64,000 nucleotides of DNA from NCBI GenBank assembly GCA_963713865.1, contig OY970208.1, positions 288,001 through 352,000 of the forward strand. Direction: 5' to 3'. Source of the DNA: an uncultured candidate division Zixibacteria bacterium (GTDB lineage: Bacteria > Zixibacteria > MSB-5A5 > RBG-16-43-9). Below are positions 1 to 12,179 of the stretch, one piece after another. The notes below the pieces were generated by a model. It was not told where the DNA came from, did no database searches, and was given only the letters and a program-made list of their open reading frames with translations. Position 1 is the first letter of the stretch, and every line of letters starts with the position of its first letter. The position numbers and the translations under genes are program-made.

Positions 1-1673
1 TCACTCATTCCCCATTCACACACCATCTTTCTGGCAAGCTCTGTGGCTCTTTCAATATCATTCCCCGCACCGGTAGTAAGCTCATTAAAAACTAACTTCT
101 CTGCTTCCCTGCCGCCTAAAAGATGAACCAGCTTCGTCTCCAGATACCCTCTCGAATGGGTATGTTTCTCATCTATAGGTAGATAGTGAGTTAAACCAAG
201 GGATAATCCCCTGGGGATTATAGTCATCTTGTGAACTGGATCTGAACCGGGGATGAGTTTAGCCACCAGAGCATGCCCGGATTCGTGATAAGCAGTAAGT
301 TTCTTCTCCTCTTCACTTATCACCATGCTTCTCCTTTCAGTTCCCATCATCACCTTATCCTTAGCTTCCTCAAAATCTTCCATAATTACTTTATCACGGT
401 CTTTCCTGGCAGCCAAAAGGGCAGCTTCATTCACCAGGTTAGCTAAATCTGCACCTGAAAGCCCTGGGGTTCCCCTGGCTAAAATCGATAAATCTATCTC
501 CTCATCCATCTTTATCTTACGAGTATGGACTTTTAAGATCCCCTCTCTACCTTTCACATCCGGAATATCAACCACAATCTGGCGATCAAATCTACCCGGT
601 CTTAACAGAGCCGGATCCAGAACGTCCGGTCGATTTGTTGCAGCTAAGAGGATTACCCCTTCATTCGACTCAAAACCATCCATCTCCACTAAAAGCTGGT
701 TCAGGGTCTGTTCTCTTTCATCATGTCCACCACCCAGACCGGCACCTCGATGACGTCCTACTGCATCTATCTCATCGATAAAAATTATGCACGGCGCATT
801 CCTTTTCCCTTGATCGAACAGATCTCTCACTCTCGAAGCTCCCACGCCCACAAACATCTCCACAAAATCCGAACCGCTCATACTGAAAAAGGGAACTCCA
901 GCCTCTCCAGCTACTGCTTTAGCTAAAAGAGTTTTTCCCGTACCGGGAGCACCTAAAAGTAATGCCCCTTTAGGGATTTTACCCCCTAATCTTTGAAATT
1001 TGGAAGGGTCTTTTAAAAACTCTATAATCTCCTGCAATTCTTGCTTGGCTTCATCTGCACCAGCTACATCGCTAAAGGTAACTTTGGGCCTGTCCCCGGT
1101 TAAAAGCCTGGCTCTGCTTTTACCAAAGGAGAAAAGTCCCTTGGTTCCCCCCTGCATCTGTCTGAAAAGTAGAAACCAGAGTAACCCTAAAAGCAATATA
1201 TAAGGCAATACCCCCAGAATAAGACTTGACCAGTTAAATTTGGGTGGCTCAGCTTTTATCTGCACACCTTTTTCTTCTAATTTCTGGAGAAGGCTGGGGT
1301 CTTCAAAAGGAAGGTATAGTTTGAAGTTACGATAGGATTTAGTAATCTTTCCCTCAGTCTTTTTAACTTCTTTGACGAATTCCCCTTCCACATCTTTTTC
1401 CAGCAAAAGAACGGTTTTGACATTGTTAGAATCGAGCTGTTCAATGAATTCGCTGTAGGTGATCTCGATCTCTTTCTTAAAACCCCGATTATAATACTGG
1501 AAAAGATATACTGAAATAAGGAAAAGAAATACCCAGATAATCATGGTTCTGCCAGCTTTCCGCCAGCGAAACTCATCCCCCGGCTTTTTCCCGTCCGGCT
1601 CTCCTCTTAATCTGTTTTTCTTCTTGGGATCAAACCTGCTGCCTCGATTTAAATTATCCTTTTTTTCATTCAT
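1..1673 (-). CDS. ftsH: ATP-dependent zinc metalloprotease FtsH (3' end runs off the window)
   Basis: Manual translation from ATG 1673: N-terminal TM segments, TFSDVAG, Walker [41 protein letters not shown], zinc motif HESGH; absent from the ORF track because it has no stop in the window; follows tilS-hpt as in the usual synteny. Confidence 0.97.
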   Translation of the reverse strand, partial: MNEKKDNLNRGSRFDPKKKNRLRGEPDGKKPGDEFRWRKAGRTMIIWVFLFLISVYLFQYYNRGFKKEIEITYSEFIEQLDSNNVKTVLLLEKDVEGEFVKEVKKTEGKITKSYRNFKLYLPFEDPSLLQKLEEKGVQIKAEPPKFNWSSLILGVLPYILLLGLLWFLLFRQMQGGTKGLFSFGKSRARLLTGDRPKVTFSDVAGADEAKQELQEIIEFLKDPSKFQRLGGKIPKGALLLGAPGTGKTLLAKAVAGEAGVPFFSMSGSDFVEMFVGVGASRVRDLFDQGKRNAPCIIFIDEIDAVGRHRGAGLGGGHDEREQTLNQLLVEMDGFESNEGVILLAATNRPDVLDPALLRPGRFDRQIVVDIPDVKGREGILKVHTRKIKMDEEIDLSILARGTPGLSGADLANLVNEAALLAARKDRDKVIMEDFEEAKDKVMMGTERRSMVISEEEKKLTAYHESGHALVAKLIPGSDPVHKMTIIPRGLSLGLTHYLPIDEKHTHSRGYLETKLVHLLGGREAEKLVFNELTTGAGNDIERATELARKMVCEWGMS

Positions 1674-1703
1674 AAGCTCTACCTTGTCATCTTTTTCTTA
1701 GTC

Positions 1704-2258
1704 TCAAAGTTCAAACCATCTCTGAGTTAATTTATCTCCCTCAACCTTAGCTATGTAAGGCAGATTGCGGTACCTTTCACCTAAATCCAGACCATAACCC
1801 ACAACAAACTCGTTCGGAACTTCAAATCCTACGTATTTGATGGGCACATGAACTCTTCTCCTCTCCTTTCTATCCAAAAGGGTAACTATCTCCAGACTCT
1901 TCGGATTACGCAGAAGTAGATTTTTCCTTATGAAGTTCAGGGTCAAGCCAGTATCCACGATATCCTCTATGATTATTACGTTTTTCCCTTCGATATTAGC
2001 ACTTAAATCCTTAATTAATCTTACCGCTCCACTCCCTTCGATCTCCTGGCCATAACTGGCAACTGCAATGAAGTCAACCTCATGCGGGATTTTAATCTGC
2101 CTGATCAGATCAGCTAAAAAGATAAAACTACCTTTAAGTATTCCGATCAAGATCAGCTCTTTTCCTGCATAATCCTTGGAAATTTTAGCACCTAATTCCT
2201 TTACCCTTTTTTTCAGTTCCCTTTTCGGGATAATAATTTTTACACCTTTCCCTTTCAT
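1704..2258 (-). CDS. hpt: Hypoxanthine phosphoribosyltransferase
   Basis: GILKGSFIFLADL, PRPP loop VIIIEDIVDTGLT, FVVGYGLD..RNLPYI. Confidence 0.96.
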   Translation of the reverse strand: MKGKGVKIIIPKRELKKRVKELGAKISKDYAGKELILIGILKGSFIFLADLIRQIKIPHEVDFIAVASYGQEIEGSGAVRLIKDLSANIEGKNVIIIEDIVDTGLTLNFIRKNLLLRNPKSLEIVTLLDRKERRRVHVPIKYVGFEVPNEFVVGYGLDLGERYRNLPYIAKVEGDKLTQRWFEL

Positions 2259-2288
2259 TTACTACCCTGTGGATCAGTTAATAGACAA

Positions 2289-3690
2289 CTAACTTTTTTG
2301 AGCTTTTATTTTCAATATCTTTTTGGTATCCTTAGTTATTTTAAATTCATCTGCAATTCTATAGCCCAGAACCCAGAACGATTTTACCCTTTGAAGTTAA
2401 AACCAAAGCTCTTTCTTTTTCATAACGAGGAACTTTAAGATCAGTTAGAAAATCTTTTAAACTTTTTGTTCCTTTCATCCCTAATGGTTTGAACTTATCA
2501 CCAGATTCGGGATTTCTTAAACTAAAGGGAAGCTTTAACTTGCCCCAATCCAAAAACGCTGTCATCTGGTTATCGTTAAAAGGTTTTTCCTTTAAATCCT
2601 TTTTCTTGATAATCTCTGAATCTAAGCTGATTCCAAACATTTTACTCTTTTTAATCCCCGGAAAAACGACTGGTAAACCTTTCTTCTTTTTTTCAACCTG
2701 GTATATATTCAAATAATTTAAGGAGATCTCTGCCAGAAGACTTCTATTCAAAAAAATCCTTCTACCGGTCTTTTTTTTCTGGGCTAAATCTAAAATCCGC
2801 TCTACTATCTCAAAATTTGTCTTGAAAACACCACCTCCCATCTGATCAATGGCTAATCTGACCAGTTCTCTTCTAAAATAAATATCATAATTAAATAGTT
2901 TGTTTAAATCAAGCGAAATCTTCTTATCTTCTCTTTCTATAATTTTATTGAATACCTTGAAAGTTTCTTCTTTTAAAAATTTCTCTTGAGCAGATAAAAT
3001 CGAGGCTGTTCGATTCAGAGCATCCACGATCTTAGGGTTATAACTCTTTCTAAGGAGTGGTATCAGTTCCAATCTTATCCTGTTTCTAAAATAATCCTTT
3101 CTTAAATTTGAGGAATCTATCTTGAACTGTAACTTATTTTCTGATAAAAATTTTTCGATCAGCCCTCTTTTTATCTCTAAAAGAGGTCTGATAATTTTAC
3201 CGGACACAAGAGGGATACCTGATAGACCCAAACCACCTGCTCCTCGAATCAATCTCATTAAAACCGTTTCTGCCTGGTCGTCTGCATTATGCCCTAAGGC
3301 TATTTTTGTAGCCTTTATCCGATTTGCTAATTTAATTAGATAATCATATCTTATCTTCCGGGCACACTCCTCAATTGATAATTTCTCTTTCTTTGCTATC
3401 CTTTTAATATCAAAAGACTTAGAATAAAATTTTAACCTTAAATTAAGAGCTAATCGTTTTACAAACCTCTCATCTTCATCTGACTCTTTCCCTCTGAGCT
3501 TGTGGTTTATATGTGCAATAAATAATTTCAAACCATATTCCCCCTTTATCTGATTCAGGAGATTAAGCAAAGCCACAGAATCCGGACCGCCAGAACAGGC
3601 AACAATTACCCTATCCCCTTTTTTTAACATATTCCAGCGGTTAATCGTTTCTTCGAATTTTCTCAACATCACCATATACCTTAACCTCAT
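2289..3690 (-). CDS. tilS: tRNA(Ile)-lysidine synthetase TilS (one extra base near 2373-2379)
   Basis: SGGPDS PP-loop, GHNADDQAET, IRPLL; removing one base at GTTCTGG restores the C-terminal IVWVLGYRIADEFK...AQKS* ending at 2289. Confidence 0.95.
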
Positions 3691-3946
3691 ATCCCCTTGA
3701 AAGATAAATATTTTAGAGGAATTGTCAAACTAAAAGGTGGCATTTTCTCAATGGAATTGTAGTAGTTCTAACAACTCCATTTCCAGGGACTGGAGTCCAA
3801 GTCCTGCCCCGGTTAAGGTTTTTTACCTGACTGATTTTTCTTGACTTTTTATAAGAAATTAAATAGGGTATAAGAAAGCTTAATCGATTCAAGATAAAAG
3901 CTTATTTATCATTCCAAGTGAATTATAATGTAAAGGAGATACTTAT

Positions 3947-4984
3947 ATGCCTAATTCAGCTCTTGAAATTATGAGAAAAGGGTTCAGTCATATTAATGAA
4001 GGGCAGTTGCTTTTAATTCTTTTGATTCTTTTTAGTTTCTTTTATATACAGACAAGTATGACCGCAGCCCCCTCATTAGAGGAAGGGAAAAAGTTATTTA
4101 AAGAGGAAAAATTCCAGGAGGCAAAAGCCGTTCTGGAACAAGTGATTAAATCAGACCCTCGAAACCACGAAGCATATTTTATCCTGGGTAAGATCTATTA
4201 CTCTGAGAAAAACTACGATAAGTCTATTGAAAATCTCGAAAAAGCAGTGGAACTTAAAGATTCAGTATCAGAATATCATCTATGGTATGGCAGCTCTTAC
4301 CTTATGAAAGCTCAAAAATCAGGTAAAATCAAAGCCTTATTTAGAGCTAAAAAAGGGGTGGGCGAGCTTGAAAAAGCCGTTAAATTAGATTCAACTGATG
4401 CTGAGGCCAGATTTAGCCTTTTTCAGTATTATCTTGTAGCTCCAGGTATTGCCGGTGGAGATAAAAAGAAAGCAGAGAAAGAGGCAAAGATAATTCAGGG
4501 CTTAAATCCCTATTTAGGTGCTCACGCCTGTGCAGCTTATTGGGAAGCTGAAAAAAATCTGGAAAAAACAGAAACCTATCTAAATGAAGCGGTGAAATTG
4601 GATACCTCCTCTACTTTCAATTCAAGATATTCCCTGGGATATTTTTTCCTGAGATATAAAAAATATGACAAGACGGTAATAGTTTTTGAGGAGATTTTAT
4701 CAAAGAATCCTGAAGAGAAGAACGCGCTTTATCAAATTGGCAAAGCTTATCTCCTCGCTCAGCATAATCTGGATAAAGCGGAGGACTGTTTCAAAAAGTA
4801 TCTGGAAACTGAACCGACCAAAAATGCACCTTCTTGGGCAGCAACTCATTGGAGATTAGGAATGGTCTATAACCTTCAGGGGAAAAAAGAATTAGCCCTG
4901 CAGGAGACGAAAAAGGCTTTAGAACTGGAACCTGACAACCAAGAATTTAAGAAAACCCTCCAGGAATTACAGAAGAAAAAATAA
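3947..4984 (+). CDS. Tetratricopeptide-repeat protein, likely exported
   Basis: Hydrophobic N-terminus and repeated TPR patterns (AYFILGKIYY, ALYQIGKAYL, HWRLGMVY...ALELEPDN). Confidence 0.85.
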   Translation: MPNSALEIMRKGFSHINEGQLLLILLILFSFFYIQTSMTAAPSLEEGKKLFKEEKFQEAKAVLEQVIKSDPRNHEAYFILGKIYYSEKNYDKSIENLEKAVELKDSVSEYHLWYGSSYLMKAQKSGKIKALFRAKKGVGELEKAVKLDSTDAEARFSLFQYYLVAPGIAGGDKKKAEKEAKIIQGLNPYLGAHACAAYWEAEKNLEKTETYLNEAVKLDTSSTFNSRYSLGYFFLRYKKYDKTVIVFEEILSKNPEEKNALYQIGKAYLLAQHNLDKAEDCFKKYLETEPTKNAPSWAATHWRLGMVYNLQGKKELALQETKKALELEPDNQEFKKTLQELQKKK

Positions 4985-5192
4985 GCTTCACGGTAAAGAA
5001 CATCATACCCAGCTCAATAATTGGTGGTGACATAGATTCGAACGACTTTACATATCATATTGAGGCTGGCTTATGTTTAAGTAAGAGATTTAGCAGGGCT
5101 GGGAGCCCTGCCTAGGGGAGTTTTATATTATATTTTTAGAGAGCAAAATAATTTCTTGATAAATTTCTGCTAACTTTTAGATAATAATAACG

Positions 5193-5210
5193 TATAGATA
5201 ATTGTCTATA
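5193..5210. promoter_or_regulatory. Putative ArsR operator (inverted repeat)
   Basis: TATAGATAATTGTCTATA near-perfect palindrome just upstream of the ArsR start codon. Confidence 0.55.
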
Positions 5211-5224
5211 TATTAGGTGAACTT

Positions 5225-5512
5225 ATGAACGATAAATGTCAGCTAATCTTTCAAGCCCTATCCGATAAGACCCGGCAGAAGATCCTGGAGATGTTAAAGG
5301 ATAAAGAGCTCTGCGTTATGGCCATTTGCAAGCCCTTTGATATGCGCCAGCCATCAATATCTCATCACCTGAATATCTTGAAAAGGGCAGGACTGGTAAA
5401 ATGCTGCAAAAAAGGAAAGGAGGTCCATTACAAGTTAAATCAGCATGCTTTGGAGAACTGCTGTTGCTCCATTTTAACTGAATTCGACCTGAGACCCAAA
5501 AAAGCAAAATAA
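5225..5512 (+). CDS. ArsR/SmtB family transcriptional regulator
   Basis: FQALSDKTRQKIL, ELCV, QPSISHHLNILKRAGLV; Cys-rich (CC, CCC). Confidence 0.93.
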   Translation: MNDKCQLIFQALSDKTRQKILEMLKDKELCVMAICKPFDMRQPSISHHLNILKRAGLVKCCKKGKEVHYKLNQHALENCCCSILTEFDLRPKKAK

Positions 5513-5527
5513 TTTTTTTAACTTATT

Positions 5528-5555
5528 ATATAGATATATTTAAATATATCTATAT
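5528..5555. promoter_or_regulatory. Perfect 28-bp palindrome, putative second ArsR operator
   Basis: ATATAGATATATTT-AAATATATCTATAT, sharing the TATAGA half-site with 5193-5210. Confidence 0.55.
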
Positions 5556-5575
5556 TTGAAAGGAGGTGATAAGAA

Positions 5576-5752
5576 ATGTTCTGTACCTTTGGTTGTGATC
5601 CCAAGAAGTTCTCCCAGCTCTTCGAAAAGGAGATAGAGGAGACCAAAGACGGGATCATCATAAAATTAAAAGCCAGGGATAAGGAGAAAGCGGAGGCTTT
5701 GAAAAATCTCATCTCCGCTTCTAAGACCCTCTTCGGCGAAGACTGCTGCTAA
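5576..5752 (+). CDS. Small Cys-containing protein (58 aa), not in the ORF track
   Basis: Strong SD AAGGAGGTGA then MFCTFGCDPKKFSQLFEKEIEETKDGIIIKLKARDKEKAEALKNLISASKTLFGEDCC*. Confidence 0.8.
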   Translation: MFCTFGCDPKKFSQLFEKEIEETKDGIIIKLKARDKEKAEALKNLISASKTLFGEDCC

Positions 5753-5790
5753 AGAGGAGCTGAATCTCCTATCCCCGGCAATTTTTTAAG

Positions 5791-5845
5791 GTAGGGGCGA
5801 GATAACCTCGCCCCTACCCAAGCAAGCCTAAAAGGCTCGCACTAC
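5791..5845. repeat. GTAG-type REP-like hairpins
   Basis: GTAGGGGCGAG-ATAAC-CTCGCCCCTAC and GCAAGCC-TAAAA-GGCTCGCACTAC between convergent genes. Confidence 0.7.
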
Positions 5846-5849
5846 GATG

Positions 5850-6506
5850 CTATTCTTTCCCTATATACTGTCTACTGCCTACTTTCTTCCCCCACATCTC
5901 TTCCGTAATCCTCATCTCTTCAAATTGCACCAGGATTTCCTCTCCCTCTTTTTTAAAATATTTTCTTATACCCTTAAAACGCTCGTCTCCGAAAACATCT
6001 ATTTTACTTCTCGGATCGTGTTTATTGAATTTAGTTCCACAGAATTCAAATCCGCATTTGAGATAACATTTTATTGCCCTACGATTCAAAGTAGCCACGT
6101 CTAAATATAGTTCCTTAAATTTCATTTTTTCAAAATAATAAGGCAGAAGGGTTTTAATCGCCTCACTCCCATACCCCTTATCAATATATTCATATCCCAG
6201 ATAAATCCCTAAATATGCCTTTTTATCCTCCCAATTAAGGTTATACAGGCTGAGAAATCCAATAAGTTCCTTTTTGAGATTATCTATGGCTAAGAAAAGC
6301 CTCCCGGGTTCTTTTTTCCTCTTTTGATACCATTCCTTTTTTTGTGCTTGAGTCATCCCTTCTATATTGTAATGAAAATACAAAGGATCAGGGTATTTTT
6401 GCCACTTCAATCTTTTATCGATATCATCCCTTCTGAGCGGACGGATTATTATTCGTTCCCCTTTGAGCTTAAAGCGGACTATTGTGAAGGATAAATTTTG
6501 GTTCAT
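5850..6506 (-). CDS. GNAT family N-acetyltransferase (RimJ/RimL-like)
   Basis: IIIRPL, ELIGFLSL, KGYGSEAI, NRRAIKCYLKCGF. Confidence 0.85.
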   Translation of the reverse strand: MNQNLSFTIVRFKLKGERIIIRPLRRDDIDKRLKWQKYPDPLYFHYNIEGMTQAQKKEWYQKRKKEPGRLFLAIDNLKKELIGFLSLYNLNWEDKKAYLGIYLGYEYIDKGYGSEAIKTLLPYYFEKMKFKELYLDVATLNRRAIKCYLKCGFEFCGTKFNKHDPRSKIDVFGDERFKGIRKYFKKEGEEILVQFEEMRITEEMWGKKVGSRQYIGKE

Positions 6507-6599
6507 TTACTTAAAGATTGACCCAGGTTGAGGGCAACCTGGATTTACTGTTTGTTCTTATTTTCCCCTGTCTACTGTATGCTGTCTACTATCTACTTA

Positions 6600-7091
6600 C
6601 TACAGCCATCTGGACATAATTAGAAAATCCATTTTATACCAGTGCTTACGCAGATAGGCTTCGGGAACAAAACCGGAGGCTAAATAGAAACTGACGGTTG
6701 AGACCAGATAAGGTGTGGTATAAGCAAAAAGCTTATGACAACCTTTTTCTTTCGAGTAGCTTACAATCTTATTAATCAGTTCTTTGCCAATCCCTTTTCC
6801 TTGTGCTTCTAAGGCTGTGCAAATCCAGGAAAGATCCGAAATACCGCCCTGTTCAAGTCTGCCAATAGCCAGGCCGTCTATTTTCTCATTTTCTACAGCT
6901 ACAAAACCATACTTTCTTTCATCTCCGATAAACCTTAAAAAAGTATCATAAGAATAGAGTTTAAGCTCCTCCTCCAGGAGTTTTCTGGGGTAAACCTCTT
7001 TTTCATACTTCTCCCAGGTTTTTCCCCTGACCGTTCTGGAAAGCTCAATCGAGCTTTCGATATCTTCTTTTGTCATCTTTCGGACAGTCAC
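6600..7091 (-). CDS. GNAT family N-acetyltransferase
   Basis: AQGKGIGKEL acetyl-CoA motif, FYLASGF; the ORF-track start (7136) lies in a REP, and GTG 7091 follows GGAGG. Confidence 0.8.
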   Translation of the reverse strand: MTVRKMTKEDIESSIELSRTVRGKTWEKYEKEVYPRKLLEEELKLYSYDTFLRFIGDERKYGFVAVENEKIDGLAIGRLEQGGISDLSWICTALEAQGKGIGKELINKIVSYSKEKGCHKLFAYTTPYLVSTVSFYLASGFVPEAYLRKHWYKMDFLIMSRWL

Positions 7092-7110
7092 TAAACCTCC
7101 TATAAATTCT

Positions 7111-7167
7111 GGAGTATAAACCTTCAGGTTTATCAAAAAAAGAGATAAAGCTAAAGCATTATACTCC
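7111..7167. repeat. Inverted pair of GGAGT-type REP-like hairpins
   Basis: GGAGTATAAACCTTCAGGTTTATC and inverted GATAAAGCTAAAGCATTATACTCC; same family at 7755-7807, 19103, about 35963 and 59082. Confidence 0.65.
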
Positions 7168-7170
7168 GAA

Positions 7171-7749
7171 TCAAGCCAAACCTAACTTCTTCTCCAACTC
7201 CTCAATCAGATGCAAATACTCGTGATGTTTTCCTTCACCGATAACCTCTTTTTCCACCTTTTCAAATTTCTCTTCCAAAACCTTCTGCTCTTTTTCCGGG
7301 ATATTTCTGTCTGCCATTATATAGAGGATATTATCCTTTTTGAAGATATGCGGAGCTAAAAGTCCGGTGTAACCTCTGGTATTCTCAATTATATCTTTAA
7401 TAGATGATTTGTCCCCTTTTTCATGTTTCTCAGCTGCCTCTGCTAAACCTTTGACGAAATTTCTACCTAAGGTATGCTCATATAACATAACCCCCAGAGG
7501 ACCCCCCTCTCTGGGAATCCCGTATTTCTCCATCATCGGGAAAAGGGTCTCCTCTTCTTTGCCATGATGACATCTATCTGCAAAATTGCGGATGAAAGAA
7601 ACCGCTTTCTTGAAGACTACCACTGGAACATCTTTACCTTCCTCTAAATTTTGTGAGGCTTTTTCCAAAACTTTCAGCATCTTTAAAATAACCTTATGCT
7701 CTTCTTTTAATTCCTCTGTAGGTTTCACAATTGAACCTCTTCTTTTCAT
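7171..7749 (-). CDS. Hemerythrin HHE cation-binding domain protein
   Basis: LKEEH, CHHGKEEETLFP, GPLGVMLYEH, HIFK(K)DNILY. Confidence 0.9.
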   Translation of the reverse strand: MKRRGSIVKPTEELKEEHKVILKMLKVLEKASQNLEEGKDVPVVVFKKAVSFIRNFADRCHHGKEEETLFPMMEKYGIPREGGPLGVMLYEHTLGRNFVKGLAEAAEKHEKGDKSSIKDIIENTRGYTGLLAPHIFKKDNILYIMADRNIPEKEQKVLEEKFEKVEKEVIGEGKHHEYLHLIEELEKKLGLA

Positions 7750-7754
7750 AATAT

Positions 7755-7807
7755 GGAGTATAAAACTTTAGTTTTATCTTATTCGTAAGCCTAAAGGGCT
7801 ACACTCC
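7755..7807. repeat. Inverted pair of GGAGT-type REP-like hairpins
   Basis: GGAGTATAAAACTTTAGTTTTATC ... GTAAGCCTAAAGGGCTACACTCC. Confidence 0.6.
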
Positions 7808-7919
7808 AGATTTAAGTAATTATCTTTTTTGTCAAGAAGCCCTCCGGACATGCTTGACTTACTTTGTTTGCATTAGCAAGCTAATGCACTCCTATAACCT
7901 ACTACCTATGATCTATTAC

Positions 7920-9237
7920 CTAAATTTTCCATATCCTTTTATTCAAAATCCTAACCAGTTCATCAATCTTCACCCTTATCTGTTCCATCGAATCTCTTTC
8001 CCTCAAGGTCACGGTCTCGTCCTGCAAAGTCTGAGAGTCAACGGTTATGCCAAAAGGTGTTCCTGCCTCATCCTGCCTTCTATATCTTCTGCCAATGGCA
8101 CCGCCTTCGTCATAAAAAACTTTAAAATGAGGCCTCAATATATCCTCGATCTTCTTTGCCACCTCTGGCATATTATCTCTTTTAACCAAAGGATAAATCC
8201 CGGCTTTGATTGGAGCAATTTTAGGGTCTAATCTCAGGACCGTTCTCTCCTCACCTTTGACCACCTCTTCATAGTAACCATCCACCAAACAGACCAGCAT
8301 AGTGCGGTCTACCCCGGCTGAGGTTTCGATGATATAAGGGATAAATCTTTCTTTGGTCTGGTCATTGTAATAGGAAAGGTCTTTACCAGTTACCTGGGTA
8401 TGTTCTGGAAAGGTCATAATCAGTGCGGTTATGAATCCCCTCTATCTCTTTCCAGTCAAAGGGGAAATTATATTCTATGTCATAAGCGGTCTTAGCATAG
8501 AAAGCTAATTCTTTTTTATCATGCTGATGAAACCTTAAATTCTCTTTTTTTATACCCAGGTTTAGATACCATTTCATCCTCTCCTCTTTCCAGTATTCGA
8601 TCCATTTCTCATCTTCATCTGGATGGATGAAAAACTGCATTTCCATCTGCTCGAATTCACGCGAGCGGAAGATGAAATTTCCCGGAGAGATCTCATTCCT
8701 GAAAGCCTTCCCTATCTGGGCGATTCCAAAAGGGAGTTTTTGCCTGGAAGGGGCTAAGACGTTTAAAAAATTAACATAGATACCCTGAGCAGTTTCCGGG
8801 CGAAGATAGACTCCAGAAGCTTCATCCTCTACCGGTCCCATGTGTGTTTTGAACATCAGGTTGAACTGCCGTGCTTCAGTCAGCTCTCCTCCACAGTTAG
8901 GACATTTATTGCCAGATACCTCATCTGCCCTGAACCTCATCTTGCAGTTTTTGCAGTCAACCATCGGGTCTGCAAAAGACTCCACGTGACCTGAGGTTAT
9001 CCAGACCGAAGGATGCATTAAAATCGAGGCATCCAGCCCTTCGATATCATCCCGGAACTGGGTCATACTTTTCCACCAGTTCTGTTTGATATTATTTTTA
9101 AGCTCAACCCCTAAAGGGCCATAATCCCAGCAGCTATTAATCCCACCATAGATTTCACTGGACTGAAAGATGAAACCTTTTCTTTTACACAAAGAGACCA
9201 ATTTATCCATCAAATCTTGATTCTTTTTATTTGACAC
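7920..9237 (-). CDS. glyQS: Glycine--tRNA ligase, homodimeric alpha2 type (one extra base at 8402-8408)
   Basis: [47 protein letters not shown] then [25 protein letters not shown]; removing one base joins the two ORFs (DLS[R/K][11 protein letters not shown]). Confidence 0.95.
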
Positions 9238-9311
9238 CTTGCCTCCTGTCCTATCATCCTGTGGATCCCTTACGGGACAGTTCTATTTCCAAAGTAACAA
9301 TATTAATCTGA

Positions 9312-10067
9312 TTAATCCTCTAATCGTCTTATAAACTCCAGGGTTTTCAAATCCTTGGCCCCGGTATGATAACGAACAAAGCTTTTAACTAAATCTTCGA
9401 TCTCTTTTAAACTTCCCTTATCTACGGGGATTTTATCGATTTTGTTAATGTCCAGGGATAGAAGTTGTTCTGGCAGAAAGATAGGCTTTTCGACCGAGTT
9501 TAAGATAATATTCCTCTTCTCTGGTACAGTGGTGACAAATAACCCCGCCTCTTTCCGGGCTCAGGAAAACCTCTTCTTCTTTTATCTCCTTCCCACACCT
9601 TACGCAGGTATCCAGTCTAGGCTTATACCCTAAATTTGAAAAAAGCTTCAGGGCAAAACCCCAGAAGATTTTCTCTAAATCTGATTCATCCATACTTTCC
9701 ATCCGCGATAAAGTTTTCAGGCTTAAATTGAAAATCCTCTGGTTAGGCTCTTCACCGCTTATCAATTGATCCAAAAGCTCAGTCACAGCTGATGCCCAGG
9801 AAAAACGATTGAGGCTTTTGCCTAAACCCGAAAAATTCTTCAGGGTTTCCCCTGAAGATAGAAGATGAAGTTCACTTTTCTCCCTTTTGTAGAATACTAT
9901 CTCGGATAACGAAAAATATCCCAGGGGAGGGGTTCTGCTTTTTCTTCTTTTTATCCCCTTGGCTAACAGCTTTATCTTCCCGAAATCTCTGGTATAAAGG
10001 GTAAAAATGTTCGAGGAATCACCGTACTTCAAGCTCTTTAAAACTATCCCTTCGGTCTTGACCAGAC

Positions 10068-10071
<4 letters not shown>
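9312..10071 (-). CDS. recO: DNA repair protein RecO (one extra base at 9467-9473)
   Basis: TEGIVLKS..YGDS, GKIKLLAKG, zinc finger CVRC...CHHC; the shifted frame continues QLLSLDINKID...LKTLEFIRRLED* to 9312. Confidence 0.92.
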
Positions 10072-11806
<1,735 letters not shown>

Positions 11807-12179
11807 CTAAATCTAAAGCTTAAAAATACTTTTGCAATAGAAAAATTCAGGGGGGCGTGGAAATTTATTCATATTATTTTTATCAGGTAAGACGATAATG
11901 AATTAACCAAACTCTCCAGGACCCAGGAAAACCCAACCCAAATTAAAATAAATTTGAAGCAGGGGTGGGCGGGGTAGCATCCCCCAACCCCTATCTGTCT
12001 GTAATTTGACCCGCCAGAGGGAATCTACATAGGATTGTTGGCAGAGATTTTACTTGAACGAGTTTCCAACCTCACAGGGTGTCGAAATATTTTCAGGTTG
12101 TAAACTAAAATGGATATGCCATATAGACCTATCCCTTGCTAAGAGGTGCTTCTTCTACCTATCGAATGATAGCTCCTTT

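Noticed and set aside
325-1203. Plus-strand ORFs over ftsH, and similar antisense ORFs over tilS, eno, sprA, acrB and recG
   Set aside because: Shadow frames of well-supported genes on the opposite strand.
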